From: the human T2T-CHM13v2.0 reference genome, Homo sapiens
Length of the DNA stretch: 64,000 nucleotides
Assembly (NCBI RefSeq): GCF_009914755.1
Contig: NC_060935.1
Reading direction: 5' to 3' (one strand)
Position numbers and translations under genes: made by a program. Shown here in pieces: positions 49,018 through 64,000 of this stretch. Numbering within the stretch: position 1 is the stretch's first letter; each line of letters starts with the position of its first letter. The notes beneath the pieces are model-generated. The model did not search any database and had not been told where the DNA came from. It was given only the letters and a program-made list of their open reading frames with translations.

Positions 49018-52000
49018 TTACTGCAGCCTCAACCTTCTGGGCTCAAGTGATTCTCCTAACTGAGCCTCCCAAGTAGCTGGGACCACAGGTGTACGCCACC
49101 CCATACCCAGCTAATTAAAAAAAAATTTGTTTTTGTAGATATGGGATCTCAGTATTTACCCAGGCTGGTCTTAAACTTCTGGCCTCAAATGATTCTCCTG
49201 CCTTGGCCTCCCAAATTGCTGGGATTATGGGCATAAGCCACTGCACCCAGCATAGGTTTTCTTTTTCTTTTTTTTTAATTGTGCTAAAAAGAATACAACA
49301 TAAAAGTTTACCATCTTAACCATATTTAAGTGTACAGTTCAGTAGAACTGTATGTATGTAACAAATCTCAAGCTCTACTCATTAAACAATTCCTCTTTCC
49401 CTCTCTCCCCAGTCCCTGGTCACCACCATTCTACTTTCTATGAATTTGACTACTTTAGTTAGCCTCATATAAGCAGAATCATTTACTATTGGTATCTTTT
49501 AACATGCTTTGAAAGAGGAGATGCATAACTAGGTAGCGTGCACACAAAGACATTCACAGACATGGCATAAAATCAGAATAATATTCAACTCTACAGGAAA
49601 GTAGTAAGGTCTGATGGGAGAATATAACCTCTTGATCTGTCATGGCCAGAATGAAAATGGAGACTCCCTTAAAAAGCCAGTCAAATAACTCAAACAGAGG
49701 ATAGGGCTCATGCCATCCGGCCTGGTGAGCCTCAGAAAGCATACAGCTTCCATAAGAATACTTTGCTCCCTAATTCAGTAATAATCCCCAATGATTCAAT
49801 CACATTGCCTTGAACGCACCAGTGCCATCCAGAGTTCAGCAATGAGTTACCACCCCAAAGAAAGTAAGTAAGTTGCTCTTTACTAGGTCATCCTTCCTTC
49901 CTCCCATGACACTGAAACCCAGGATTAATCTGGGCTGTTTACAGGGTGGCTGGTGGCTCCTGGATCCCTGAAGTCAAGCTGAGATGCTCCTGTGTGGGTA
50001 GAGAAAGAGGGTGAGGCCTGTTTTTATCACCATGCTATAGACTTGCCCTCCCTCCTTCAATACATATGTCCTAATGAAGCAATTACCTGCACTTACACTA
50101 ATGATGTAATTGGGACAAGTAATTATGAAAGCAGAACATCCATTTTCAAAGAAATGAGTATCATTACCTTTATTCCACCCACAAACATTATTTAAGACAA
50201 AAACAAATAAGCTCACAAGAACACATGCTACTGAAAGATTACTAGGAACAGTATTCCAAAAAACGTAGTGTTAAGGAAAAATGGGGGAAAAAAAAACCCC
50301 AAACACAAACATCTAGCATTCGCTCCCACCAGGCAGGGATTTCCTCAAAGCCTCTACCTCTGACAAAAGACTTGCAGGTGGATAAGAGTATTAAGAATTA
50401 CTCTACCTCCACTAATACATTCCCCACAACCTGACACTGCCAATACTTAATCCCAGCAACAGAGGACACTGGCTTAGGTGGGTCCCTAGGTGAAGCCAGG
50501 AAAACTGTCAGCCTCTCATCATTATGCAATGCAGCTGCTTAAGGGGGTGCCTCAGCAGCATAAGAATGGGCAAAGAGAGGGGTGAAGGTAGGGAAAAGGA
50601 CTGAGGGAGAAAAAGGTGAGAGAGAAAGAAAAAGAGAGCGACTGACTCAAACACTAAATGGCTCTCACCAATCACTTGTCTTAAATTGCTGAGACTCCCG
50701 CAGCTTTTATTGTTTGGTGGAAGCACAAGCGAGTGGAATTGGACCAGAGGGTCTTTGGCTCGTCAGCAGCAGGAGGGAAACGACCTTTATTGCTGCAAAG
50801 AGGATGCAGATTTCAAAAGCCTAAAATCTGCAATGAAGGGAAATGGAAATGTGCTGAACGTGGGTTTGACTGGCAGCTTTCCTCATCTGTCGATCACAGG
50901 GTAATAAACACTGGGAGATGGCAGAAATGAAGATAAATGCTTTCAGCAGCACCAGTCCCCACCCTCCCCTCCTCTTCCGCCCCCACTCAGCACATGACAA
51001 GAGAGTTAAAGCAAGAAAATAAATCAGCTTCTTAACCAACTCTTTTGTTAAAACTTTCCTTACAGGCCACCTACACGTGAATTATTGCTCTATGAGCCTA
51101 CATTCACATTAGGGGGCCCAGCTTCTAAAGGGTGAAAAGCTCCTGTCAAATCAGCACCTGTACATTTCAGGGTACAGCATTACAGCTGAGTCAGTTGGGG
51201 CCAACATGCAAGAAAGAGGACAGGCCTGCTCCCAGCGAAGAAAGGTGAAGAGCTCCCAAGCCTGCTGAACCCTCTAATTCAAAGCCTGCTTCATTCAGGC
51301 TAAGGACAGCATGGTGTCAGTCCACTGCAATCACTGCCACATTACCATTACCCAGCGACAGACAGGCTAAGCTCCAAGGGCTAACAAATCCCACAGAACT
51401 TGGTGGTCAAAGGTGAGGTTAGATCGGAAAATGGACTCCTAAATACAACACTCAGTCCAACTTCACATTCACCTTGGAAGGGGGGAAAAATTTAACGGTT
51501 GACAATCTTGAGGGTGTTCCACAACTAGGTTCAAGGAAAATGTTAATTTTGAGATTTGTGGCATCAAGATAAAGCATCTGGCTGACTTGGTTACTGTAAT
51601 GGAACTGAGGCTTTTTTGAGTAAGGTCAAAATATTAGTGATTCTTAATGGATTTGGTGGTGACGGTTGCTTATAAGATGGGCTGGGCCAGGCGCAGTGGC
51701 TCACGCCTATAATCCCAGCACTTTGGAAGGCCAAGGCAGGCAGATCACCTGAGGTCAGGAGTTCAAGACCAGCCTAATCAACATAGTAAAACCCCGTCTC
51801 TACTAAAAATACAAAAAATGAACCAGGTGTGGTGGTGCATGTCTATAATCCCAACTACTTAGAAGGCTGAGGCATGAAAATCACTTGAGCCAAGGAGGGA
51901 GGTGGAGGTTGCAGTGAGTCGAGATTGCGCCACTGCACTCCAGCCTGCGTGACAGGGCAAGACTCCGTTGCAAAAAAAAAAAAAAAAAGACATTCCACCC

Positions 52001-53523
52001 TACTGGCCCAGCCATGCTGTTTTCCTTTAGATTCTAAAATGGAAAAAAGATTTCAGACCCTTGTTCTGAAGTGCAGGAACCCACTAATGGAAAATCAGGA
52101 GCAAAAATAAGTGAGAGAGAGCATGGTGAATGGGTCTGTTTCACAGCATAAACTGCTCTGAAACTTGAGAAGTCCCCAGAACCAGGCATATGCTGTGGAA
52201 TCTGAGGAGAACAGCACTTGTCATAAAAAGATAGCTAATTTGAAATAGCTTCTAATTAAAATCCAGTGTTCAAACATTAACACCAGGAACACAGTGGAAA
52301 AGCAATATTAGCAAGCCATATATTGAGACGCTGCTAAAAGGACGCACCTGGAACACAGCCATCCAGATGAGCCTTTTCAGTCTTGAAGCCTGTTTAAAAC
52401 CCCACCTCCTCCCAGAAGCTTTCCTGAATTAGAGAGAAATCCCTGCCTACACACTATTAGCTGTTTTTCATAACACAAAACTTTGTCATCTGTTAGGTTA
52501 CCTGACTACAAGTACATAAAGTTTCCTCCGAATTCAAGTGTTTTTGCCTCTGTGTACACTGAGCCATCGATTTTCCATTGGTACTGTGTGATTTTTCCTT
52601 CTTCTTGAGATGGTGAACTCCTTGAGAGAAGGGATCAACTTTTCCTTCATATAATATTTTTTAAGTTTTTAATTTTTTAAGAGACAAGATCTTGCTCTGT
52701 CGCCCAGGCTGGAGTGCTGTGGCATGATCATTGCTCACTACAGCCTTGAATTCATGGCCTCAAGTGATCCTCCCACTTCAGCCACCTGAGTAGCTGGGAC
52801 TAAAAGCTTGAGTCACCATGACCAGAACCTCACATTTTAGATACTGTCCAGCCATGGGATTAGAATATTCCCATCCATAAACATGAAATACACAAGGAAT
52901 GTCACCATTGGCCTTAGAAACTGCTCCTTCTGCAAGTGAGATAACAGGTCCTAGACGGCTTTTACTACCTATGCGTATTAGAGGGACTGGCTGAATTATA
53001 CAGAACCAAATCATAATTTAAAGGAGTTTTTAGTATGGCATATACATCCAGGAACAGGACAAAGCAACTATATTTTGCAAAAAGAGTTTGTCTTTCATTA
53101 TAAATAAATTTAAACATCCATCGGGAAGAAAATAGGTGACCAAATTATGTCCAACTACACCATGGAACACCACGCAGCCACTACTAAGAATAAAGCAGAT
53201 CTAGATACACGGACAGACAGAAATCCTGGATATTCTGTATGATTCCATCCCCACTACAAAATAAAATGATGAAAACTATACAGATGTATAAATATACGTA
53301 TGTTTTTTATTACACATAGAAAAAAACTTGGAAAGACATGTTACAAACCAATCAAACTTTGGAGAATGGGGTTGGAAGAGTGGGAAGAGAAATTTGAACA
53401 TTTTACTTTATATATTTTGGTATTACTTGAATTATTTACAGTGAAACTATATTACTTTATAAATTTTAAAAGGGGGTCAGAGACACTGATACTTATATTT
53501 ATAACAACTTAATAAAAAATTTA

Positions 53524-53917
<394 letters not shown>

Positions 53918-54338
53918 CTAAAGAGTTGAAGGACTTCAGAAAAACTCCTTGGTCTTGGATTTACCAATGAAGTTCAGGAGCCTCAGGTTCCCTCTTTTCA
54001 CTGAGTGCCGGTCAGAATAATACCCTGAGATGCCTTTCACATGTTTAAGAAGTAAGAGTGTTATAGCTTTAGTAGCCAAAAAATCTGTGCTATATAACTG
54101 AAGATGAGCCAGAACAATTTCATCTCTGTGTAAACATCTTAGAGAAGACACCACATGTGTACAGAATTTCAGGGCACATTATAAGAGTGAAAAATCTAGA
54201 AAGTTAAATGTTCATCAATCGGGAACAGACAACAAGACATACGAATGACTATTAGAATACTATGTAACAACAGAAATAAATCAATCAAACTATATCAACA
54301 TGGACTTATAATACTGAATTTTAAAAGTTATATGATGA

Positions 54339-54611
<273 letters not shown>

Positions 54612-54822
54612 TGATCCGCCCACCTCAGCCTCCCAAAGTGCTGGCATTACAGGCGTGAGCCACCGCGTCCAGCATAAACACAACTCTTAAAATACAAAAC
54701 AATATTTTACTAATATATTAAGCTATAAAAGATAAAGTACAACCATATAAACCAAAGTCATAAGAGCAGATGCCTGTGAAGTGGTAAAGATAATCAAAGG
54801 GGTCAAAGGAACTTCAACTTTA

Positions 54823-54993
<171 letters not shown>

Positions 54994-55011
54994 TTAAATA
55001 AAAAACAATTA

Positions 55012-55110
<99 letters not shown>

Positions 55111-56479
55111 CTAATGAGACTTTATTGCTACAAAAAATTAAAAAATTAGCCAAGCACGATGGTACACGCCTATAGTCCCAGCTATTTAGGAGGCTGAGGT
55201 GGAAGGATCTCTTGAACCTGGAAAGTCAAGGCTGCAGTGAGCTGTGATCCTGCTATTGCACTCCAGCCTGGGTGACAGAGGAAGACCCTGACTGGAAAAA
55301 TAAAATATAATAAACTTGTTGAGACAAATGGGGCAAAACAACTCAATTTGTTGAGGCAAATAGGGCAAAATGTCAATAACTATTAAATTTTGGTTGTGGA
55401 AGCACAAATGCATGTCATATATATGCCTGTATAGATACTACTCTAAAATTTCTGGGCATACGTTTGCAAGTATTTTTAAAATTTCTCACAATAGGAAGGA
55501 AGGAAGCAAACGAAAGCAAACAACTGGGAATACAAAGGAAAGAACATTTATGTGCTTTCCCACAATCTTAAGCCTTGACCAACATAGTATGGGGGAGGTC
55601 ATAATTGGCTAAAGTTAAATACTTGGGGATGTGGAGTCCCACTAAATTCCAGAGGCAGGCAGAAAGTCTACATTCTGTTTATTTGGAATTGCTGACATAA
55701 AAGATTATGCCCACAGAAACATGTCCTGAGTCTTGATGAATCAAGTTCATACCATGTAAAGCCTGAGCTACTGCACTGGTGAAACTATTCTGCAGGCAGC
55801 TATTGAGTGACATATGGTCACATAAACTTTGTACCCCACAAAGGCAGAGACTCTAAAGCCATGGAATTCCTGAGTTCAAACTAGGAACAATCTGTCTGCA
55901 CAGATGAAGCATGCAAACACATGCCCAGGCCCAAGCATTTCTCTTCAATGCCATCTTGATGCCATATAACGTCTTACCCTGAAAAGAAGAAAGACTTAAT
56001 TTTAAGTCTCATACTGCCCCCCACTATCTAGACTCCTTCCTCCCTGCCCTAGTCAATGTTTACTAAAATCCCCTTCATCCTTCATAATTTTAATGTCAGG
56101 TTAGATAAATGTCTGAGAAAGGCCTGTGGCAAATTTCTAGCTTTTACAAGAGATATCTGACGAGATTAAAATGTATTTTGGTGTTTCCTTTTCTGTCAGA
56201 GCTGCATGCATCTCCCAGAAAACCCTGGACCTGCTATCACAAGTTAGGGATGCGCGTAAACAAGTGAGCACGGCGGTGTAAGCACACACCTTTTTAAGAC
56301 CAACTCCGTTGCTGGTCATCATAAAGAATACACAAAAACCTGCAAGCTTCTCTATATGCCCCTTGGGGTATGGGAAACCAGGAAATAATCTTGCAGTCAA
56401 CACTAAGCGCCGGGCCCTTGTCCCATACAAAACCATCTATCTTCCTCTTTACTCTCCTCACGTCTGTCTTCAATGCCAG

Positions 56480-57290
<811 letters not shown>

Positions 57291-58630
57291 ACCAGGGGCC
57301 AACTCAAAATCTACAAGCCAAGTATACCTGTTCTATTCCCACTCAACACTTTCCCTGAATCTGAATCCCCATAGTACATTATTAGTAGGTGCCTCTGATA
57401 GCAAGAACACACACAGTTTCTTCATCTTTATATAAAATATATAGATGCTCTGCTGTAGAAGGTATGCAGTAACTCCATATTAATTAAAGAAACAAAGGGC
57501 CACTTGAATATATCTGACTTGGACTATTCGACTGTCAGCTCCTTAAGAGTAGGGACTACCTTAAATCCCTCTGAGAGACTTAAGTACCTCCGAATCCTTG
57601 CACTTAACTAAAGAGTACCTTGCACAAAAGCACAGAATTACAACTCAATTTGTTAACTAGGACTCAAAGTATCTTTGGCTTTGAGAAGATACCCACTCAA
57701 TCGTCAGAATGGCACTTCCAAAATTCCTAAAAATCTTTTGTCTGATTTCTGCAACTCCAGGAAAGCACCCAACTTCTGGAAGTCTACATAGCACAGTACT
57801 CGGGGCCCTAAGAAATTGATGGTTTCATGCAGGGGAAATATAACTGCAGCCAAAACAAAGCCGGGGTGGGCGGGCTTCCCTCTGCAAGTTGGTAAAACGT
57901 AACAAAAAAATTCCTGCTCTGGCCTGTGGAAGATCCAAGTGGGTGCAGGCCTTCTCCTTTGTTAGCCTCTGCAAGGCTCTTGCCTTGGGGCCAACAGGAT
58001 TAGCACAGCCATTTCATGCTCTGAAAAGTCAGAAAAGGAGAGATAGGGAGCTTTTCACTCTAGGAAATGCCTAGTAGTCAGAGACAGTTTTTGTTTCTGT
58101 TCAAAAGATAAGTGGGGATGCTGAGGTTAAAAAGCAAAAATTCCAACAATGGTTAATGAAAGGTTTGGAAACAATATACAGAATTAGGCAATGGGATAAA
58201 CTCCAAGAAGAGAAGAGCAGGTGCCAGAGAATCAGCACTAGATGTTTTCATGCATTCAAAAATTTCCATGTATTTAAAATGTCATCAGGACGCCCTGTGA
58301 GCAGACTTGATGCAGCAATTAGAGAATGCAGGCTTATCCCTCTTGGCACAAAATACCCACAAATAAGCTCCTAGTATAAAAGTCAAAACAAAGTAGAAAG
58401 AAAAGCTTTACCAAAAAAGTTGAGCAGTTGCTGCATTTCCCTGGATTTAATAATTCACTATGCACCTTCCTGAGATGGTCTAAACTAAACTCAAATACTG
58501 TATTCAAAGGCACAGAGCTCCCAGGACCCAATTTGGGTTTTGTACCTTGGGTCTACAGATAGGCTTCAGGTGGTTCAAGAAACCCCTGAAATAGCAAATA
58601 AAATTGTGCATGTGTTCATGAGTGTGTTAT

Positions 58631-59485
58631 TACATTAATATTTTTAATTTTCTATATTTTATGATGCTTTGACATCTTAGGGGCTTTGCAGATAAGCAAC
58701 TGTACCTCCCAGGGTTAGTTACTTCCTGGAGATTGCAAACAACTTGCCTTTGATATGCAAACCAACCAATCCAGAGTCCATACCCTAACTACCTCCTTTA
58801 TTAAACACCGAGACAAGGCCGGGCGCAGTGGCTCACACCTGTAATCCAAGCACTTTGCGAGGCCAAGGCAGTCGGATCACGAGGTCAAGAGTTTGAGACC
58901 ATCCTGGCCAACAGGGTGAAACCCCGTCTCTACTAAAAATACAAAAATTAGCCAGGCATGGTGGTGGGTGCCTGTAATCCCAGCTACTCAGGAGTCTGAG
59001 GCAGGAGAATCACTTGAACCGGGAGGTGGAGGTTGCAGTGAGCTGCGATCGCGCCACCGCACTCCAGCCTGGCGACACAGTGAGATTCCCTCTCAAAAAA
59101 TAAAAATAAAAAATAAAAAAAAATAAACACCAAGACAATATTCCCCAGCCCTAAATCACCCCAGGGCCAAGTATGGACAACTAGTGCCCACACCTACAGC
59201 CCAGACCCTGCCAAAATTATTCAAACCGATCCAATCCTAAACTTACTTAGCCTCACCCATCCCTTCCCCTAGAAACCCCAATAAAGGCTCATGCTCCTCC
59301 CTGCCCTCCTTCTGCCTCCTGACTCCCTGGTACTTCCCCATGTGGCCTTGTGTTGTGTGGCATGGCACACGCTCATCTCTTGGGAACTGTAAGGAACAAA
59401 CTATCCTTTCAACGGCAATCATCTCTTCATCTTTTGTCCTTACCATATTGGAATAAAAACAAAATCCTGGGCACACGTTACTACA
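58631..59485 (+). mobile_element. Solo ERV(L)-type LTR (LTR47-like, subfamily uncertain) with an Alu inserted at about 58817-59125
   Basis: Possible 5-bp TSD gttat at 58626-58630 and 59486-59490, and a CA 3' end. Internal atatgcaaaccaaccaatcc and AATAAA near 59279. The Alu TSD is aaacaccRagacaa. Confidence 0.55.
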
Positions 59486-60244
59486 GTTATGTGTAGGTGT
59501 TTTTTTCTTAGTGTAGGGTCTAAGTTTTTACCATATTTTCTCAGAGAGTTCACTGTTCTCTAAAGATTAAAAACTAGTGACCTAAATATTTCAGGTAACT
59601 TTGGGGCTCAACAGGCTAAGATATATCACAGAGGAAGCCTCTCTAGGGAACATGCAAAGCCAGGTGGTTAGAGAGTGCAAAGAGAAAAAGTGGAGACTGC
59701 ATAGGGCTTTATTTACTTTTGGTTTTTCCTGGCTCTTTGCAGTGTAAGGGATCATCAGTGTAAGGAGGTAGAAAGGAAAAAGGTTCATCCATCCCCAAAA
59801 TAGTGATGCTCATGATAAATTAGCACTTCTCATAAGTAACACAGAACTTCTGAAATGTATACATACAATCTTGCTTAAACATTCACAGAAATTGTGCAAC
59901 TGTCCATGCTATATTCTATAAAAAACAACTAGCATGCTGTGCCAACCAGCGACAGTATCAGCAGCAAACAGATAAAGCCTTGGCCTTCAACCTCACTAAG
60001 GCTGACAAAGATACACAGATTTGGGATCTAGACTAAAGTACAGAGTCTTGAGACATGCCTAGAATAAAGAATAGTGATCTCAAAACAGAAAGCTTTTTGA
60101 TGGCTGAGTGAGAACTGAATATTAAACAGGTATTTATCAAATAGCACTGTGGAAGATGTACATAAAATGGTAGTAAGATGTACTTCTTGCTTGTTTGGAG
60201 CCTACAATCCAGTTGGGAAGATAGGACTTCCATCAAAAGCATTA

Positions 60245-60583
<339 letters not shown>

Positions 60584-61518
60584 TCAAAGTGGATTCAGGG
60601 GTCAAGAGCTAATACCAGTTCAGTGGGAAGCAAAGGCTTATATAAATAATAATAGAGATCAGGTTGAAAAAAGATAAGGAACTTGTCATCTGTGTGGCAG
60701 GAAAGAGAAATCTTTTGACATTTTTGAGTAAGTAAATTACACAGTGGATAGCTTTCAAATTTTTATTTTTATCAAAGTACTACCTACCCATAATTTTTAA
60801 AGTTAGAAAGTATTCAAGGCTAATAAAGTTAAATGGCAGCCTCCAGCCCCATGACCCACCCTCCTTGATTTCTGTTCTCCAGAGGCAATCACTTTTCAAA
60901 CCTTTTTTTTCTTCTGATAATTAACCATCATATTTCTAAAATTACTAATGTTTCTTTTTTTCTTTTCTTTTTTCTTTTTTTTTTTTTGAGATGGAGTCTC
61001 GCTCTGTTGCCAGGCTGGAGTGCAGTGGCACGATCTTGGCTCACTGAAACCTTCACCTCCCGGATCCAGGCGATTCTCCTGTCTCAGCCTCCTGAATAGC
61101 TGGGACTAAGGTGCACGCCACCACACCTGGCTAATTTTTGTATTTTTAGTAGAGAAGGGGTTTCACCGTGTTGGCAAGGCTGGTCTCAAACTCCTGATCT
61201 CAAGGGATCTGCCCACCTCAGCCTCCCAAAGTACTGGGATTACAGGTGTGAGCCACTGCACTAGGCCTATAACTGATTTTTCAATTTCCGCTATTATCTA
61301 CTGATTTCCTATGATGGGAGATGATTTGTTCCTACCTTCTTTTCTCCCCCATCCTTCCAAAATAGTTACATCCCATGTTTGGGTTAATGTAAATTATTTA
61401 CAGTATTATAACTATATAAATATTCACAAATACAGGAATAGTATAATAAATTCGTATTTCCTTTCACATGCAATTTTGTTTCTTCTAGAAGAGAAATGTT
61501 CTTGTCATCACTTACTAA

Positions 61519-61821
<303 letters not shown>

Positions 61822-63087
61822 TGATCCTCCCAAAGTGCTGGGATTATAGGTGTGAGCCACTGCACCTGGCCCTTTTACTGTTAATTTAGAAGAGATCTGG
61901 GAGAGAGTGGAGATAAACACACATGTTCATTCTTTCATGTTTACCAGAAGTCTAGGGCCACATACTGGCAAGTATTTCTGGCATGGGAAGATTATAAGCA
62001 GGGAACAACCAGGCAGGAAACTGCTACGAAAGCATAATGGCCTCAATCAGGGCTAGAATAGTGAGAAGAGATCCTGGAATCTTCAGTTTACTTAGGAAAA
62101 CATGGTTGCTATTCTTCCAGGGCATAGGATGGTGACAGGTATATTGGAAACCCTCACACATTTGTTGAATGAAGAAATGGCCAAACAACAGCTGCCTTCT
62201 TTGAGTGGTTCTGTGAATTATAAGAACAATAGATGATAAAGAATATGCAGCAAGCAGTGCGTGGTGGGACCAATCACTAATACAAAAAAAAGTGGGGAGG
62301 GGTGGCGGGCAGCATGGTGGCTCACACTGGTAGTCCCAAGCACCTTAGGAGGTGCCAAGGCAGGAGGATGGCTTGAGTCCAGGAGTTTGAGAACAGCCTG
62401 GGCAATATAGTGAGACCTCATCTCTTGAAAAAAAAGAAAAAAGAAGAGGAAGGAGGCCCAAGCATTACCCTTGGCTCAATGTAACTCTGAACTCCTGGGC
62501 TTATGGAATCCTCCCACCTCAGCCTCCTAGTAGCACAAGCATCACTCTTAAAGAAAAGGAAGGCCAGGGCCAGGCGCAGTGACTCACGCCTGTAATCCCA
62601 GCACTTTGGGAGGCTGAGGTGGGTGCATCACAAGGTCAGGAGATCGAGACCATCCTAGCTAACACCGTGAAACCCCGTCTCTACTAAAAATACAAAAAAA
62701 TACAAAAAAAAAAATAGCCGGGTGTGGTGGCGGGCGCCTGTAGTCCCCGTTACTCAGGAGGCTGAGGCAGGAGAATGGCGTGAACCTGGGAGGCGGAGCT
62801 TGCAGTGAGCCGAGATCACACCACTGCACTCCAGCCTGGGCGGCAACAGAGTGAGGCTCCGTCTCAAAAAAAAAAAAAAGAAAAAAGAAAAAGAGAGAAA
62901 GAAAAGGAGGAAGGCCAGACACAGTGGCTCAAGCCTGTAATCCCAGCACTTCAGGAGGCCAAGGCAGGTGGATCACCTGAAGTCAGGAATTCGAGACCAG
63001 CCTGACCAACATGGCAAAACCCCGTCTCTACTAAACATACAAAATTAGCTGGGTGTGGTGGTCTATGCCTGTAATCCCAGCTCCTCA

Positions 63088-63192
<105 letters not shown>

Positions 63193-64000
63193 TCAAAAAA
63201 AGAAAAAGAAGATGTAATAAAATATTAGATTTAGTTAGTTTAGGCTTTACAGTTATATCTATATCTAACGTATTTTCATTGAATATGGTAAAATGTGTTT
63301 TATGCTGAACTCTCCAGCTCCTAATCTTCCCTTCCTCCAAAATGAAATCATTGTTTTTATAACAGAATTTTTTATTTCTCTGAATGTTTTAGAAACAGAG
63401 TACCTTGGGAATGATAGTAAGGAGTTAAAAAAAAGAAATAGAATCCTTAGATTACAACAGACTGTAAAAGAAACATTGGGGACAGCAACTATGAAAAAAA
63501 GGTATGGTTCCTAACTTGAGAGAACTGACAATCTTGAAGGAGACAGAAAATATGTACACCTATTATATGTGTAATATATATGAAAACTGTATGAAAATAT
63601 GTACATTATATGAAAATATGTACAATGAAAATACTATAAACTAGGCACAATTTAAATATGTTATCTTCAGAGTAAAATGAATCTAAGAATAAGACTTAGC
63701 AACATATATTTCTTTCTTTTTCTCTTTTTTTAGAGATAGGATCTCACTCTGTTGCCCCAGGGTGGAGTGCAGTGGTACGATCATTGCTCACTGCAGCCTC
63801 GAACTCCTGGGCTCAAGCAATCCTCCTGTCTCAACCTTCTGAGTAGCTAGGATTACAGGCCCAAACTACCATGCCCAGCTAACTTAAACTTTTTTTTTTT
63901 TTTTTTTTGGTAGAGATATGGTCTCACTATGTTGCCCAGACTGGTCTCGAACTCCTGGCCTCGGGCAATCCTCCTAACTTGGCTTCCCCAAGTGCTGGCA

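Overview
Human (primate) genomic DNA, Alu-dense, covering the 3' half of AMBRA1 (11p11.2), which is transcribed from the minus strand. Six coding exons were reconstructed by hand: 37680-37570, 29119-28931, 27710-27556, 12132-11993, 4448-4356 and 2786-2593. All have GT-AG boundaries and compatible phases. They encode the C-terminal part of the split WD40 propeller, the LC3-interacting region (EYYWDQL) and two TQT dynein-light-chain motifs. The start codon and last exon lie outside the window. The introns hold three main embedded elements. The first is a near-intact RPS10 retrocopy (RPS10P19) with a 14-bp target-site duplication and an unusual 234-nt, TOP-less, uORF-rich leader. The second is the palindromic MIR3160-1/-2 hairpin. 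The third is a short L1PA insertion whose tail has become an AT-rich minisatellite next to an exon. There are also many Alu, L1M, L2, MIR, CR1/L3, MER and LTR fragments, three short local duplications, and a perfect RFX X-box. Most ORFs in the supplied track are Alu-derived or spurious. I found no convincing new multi-gene system. The best leads are the RPS10 retrocopy (intact ORF, isoform fossil, possible in-frame AMBRA1 fusion or intronic polyA), the X-box element and the microhomology or templated duplications.
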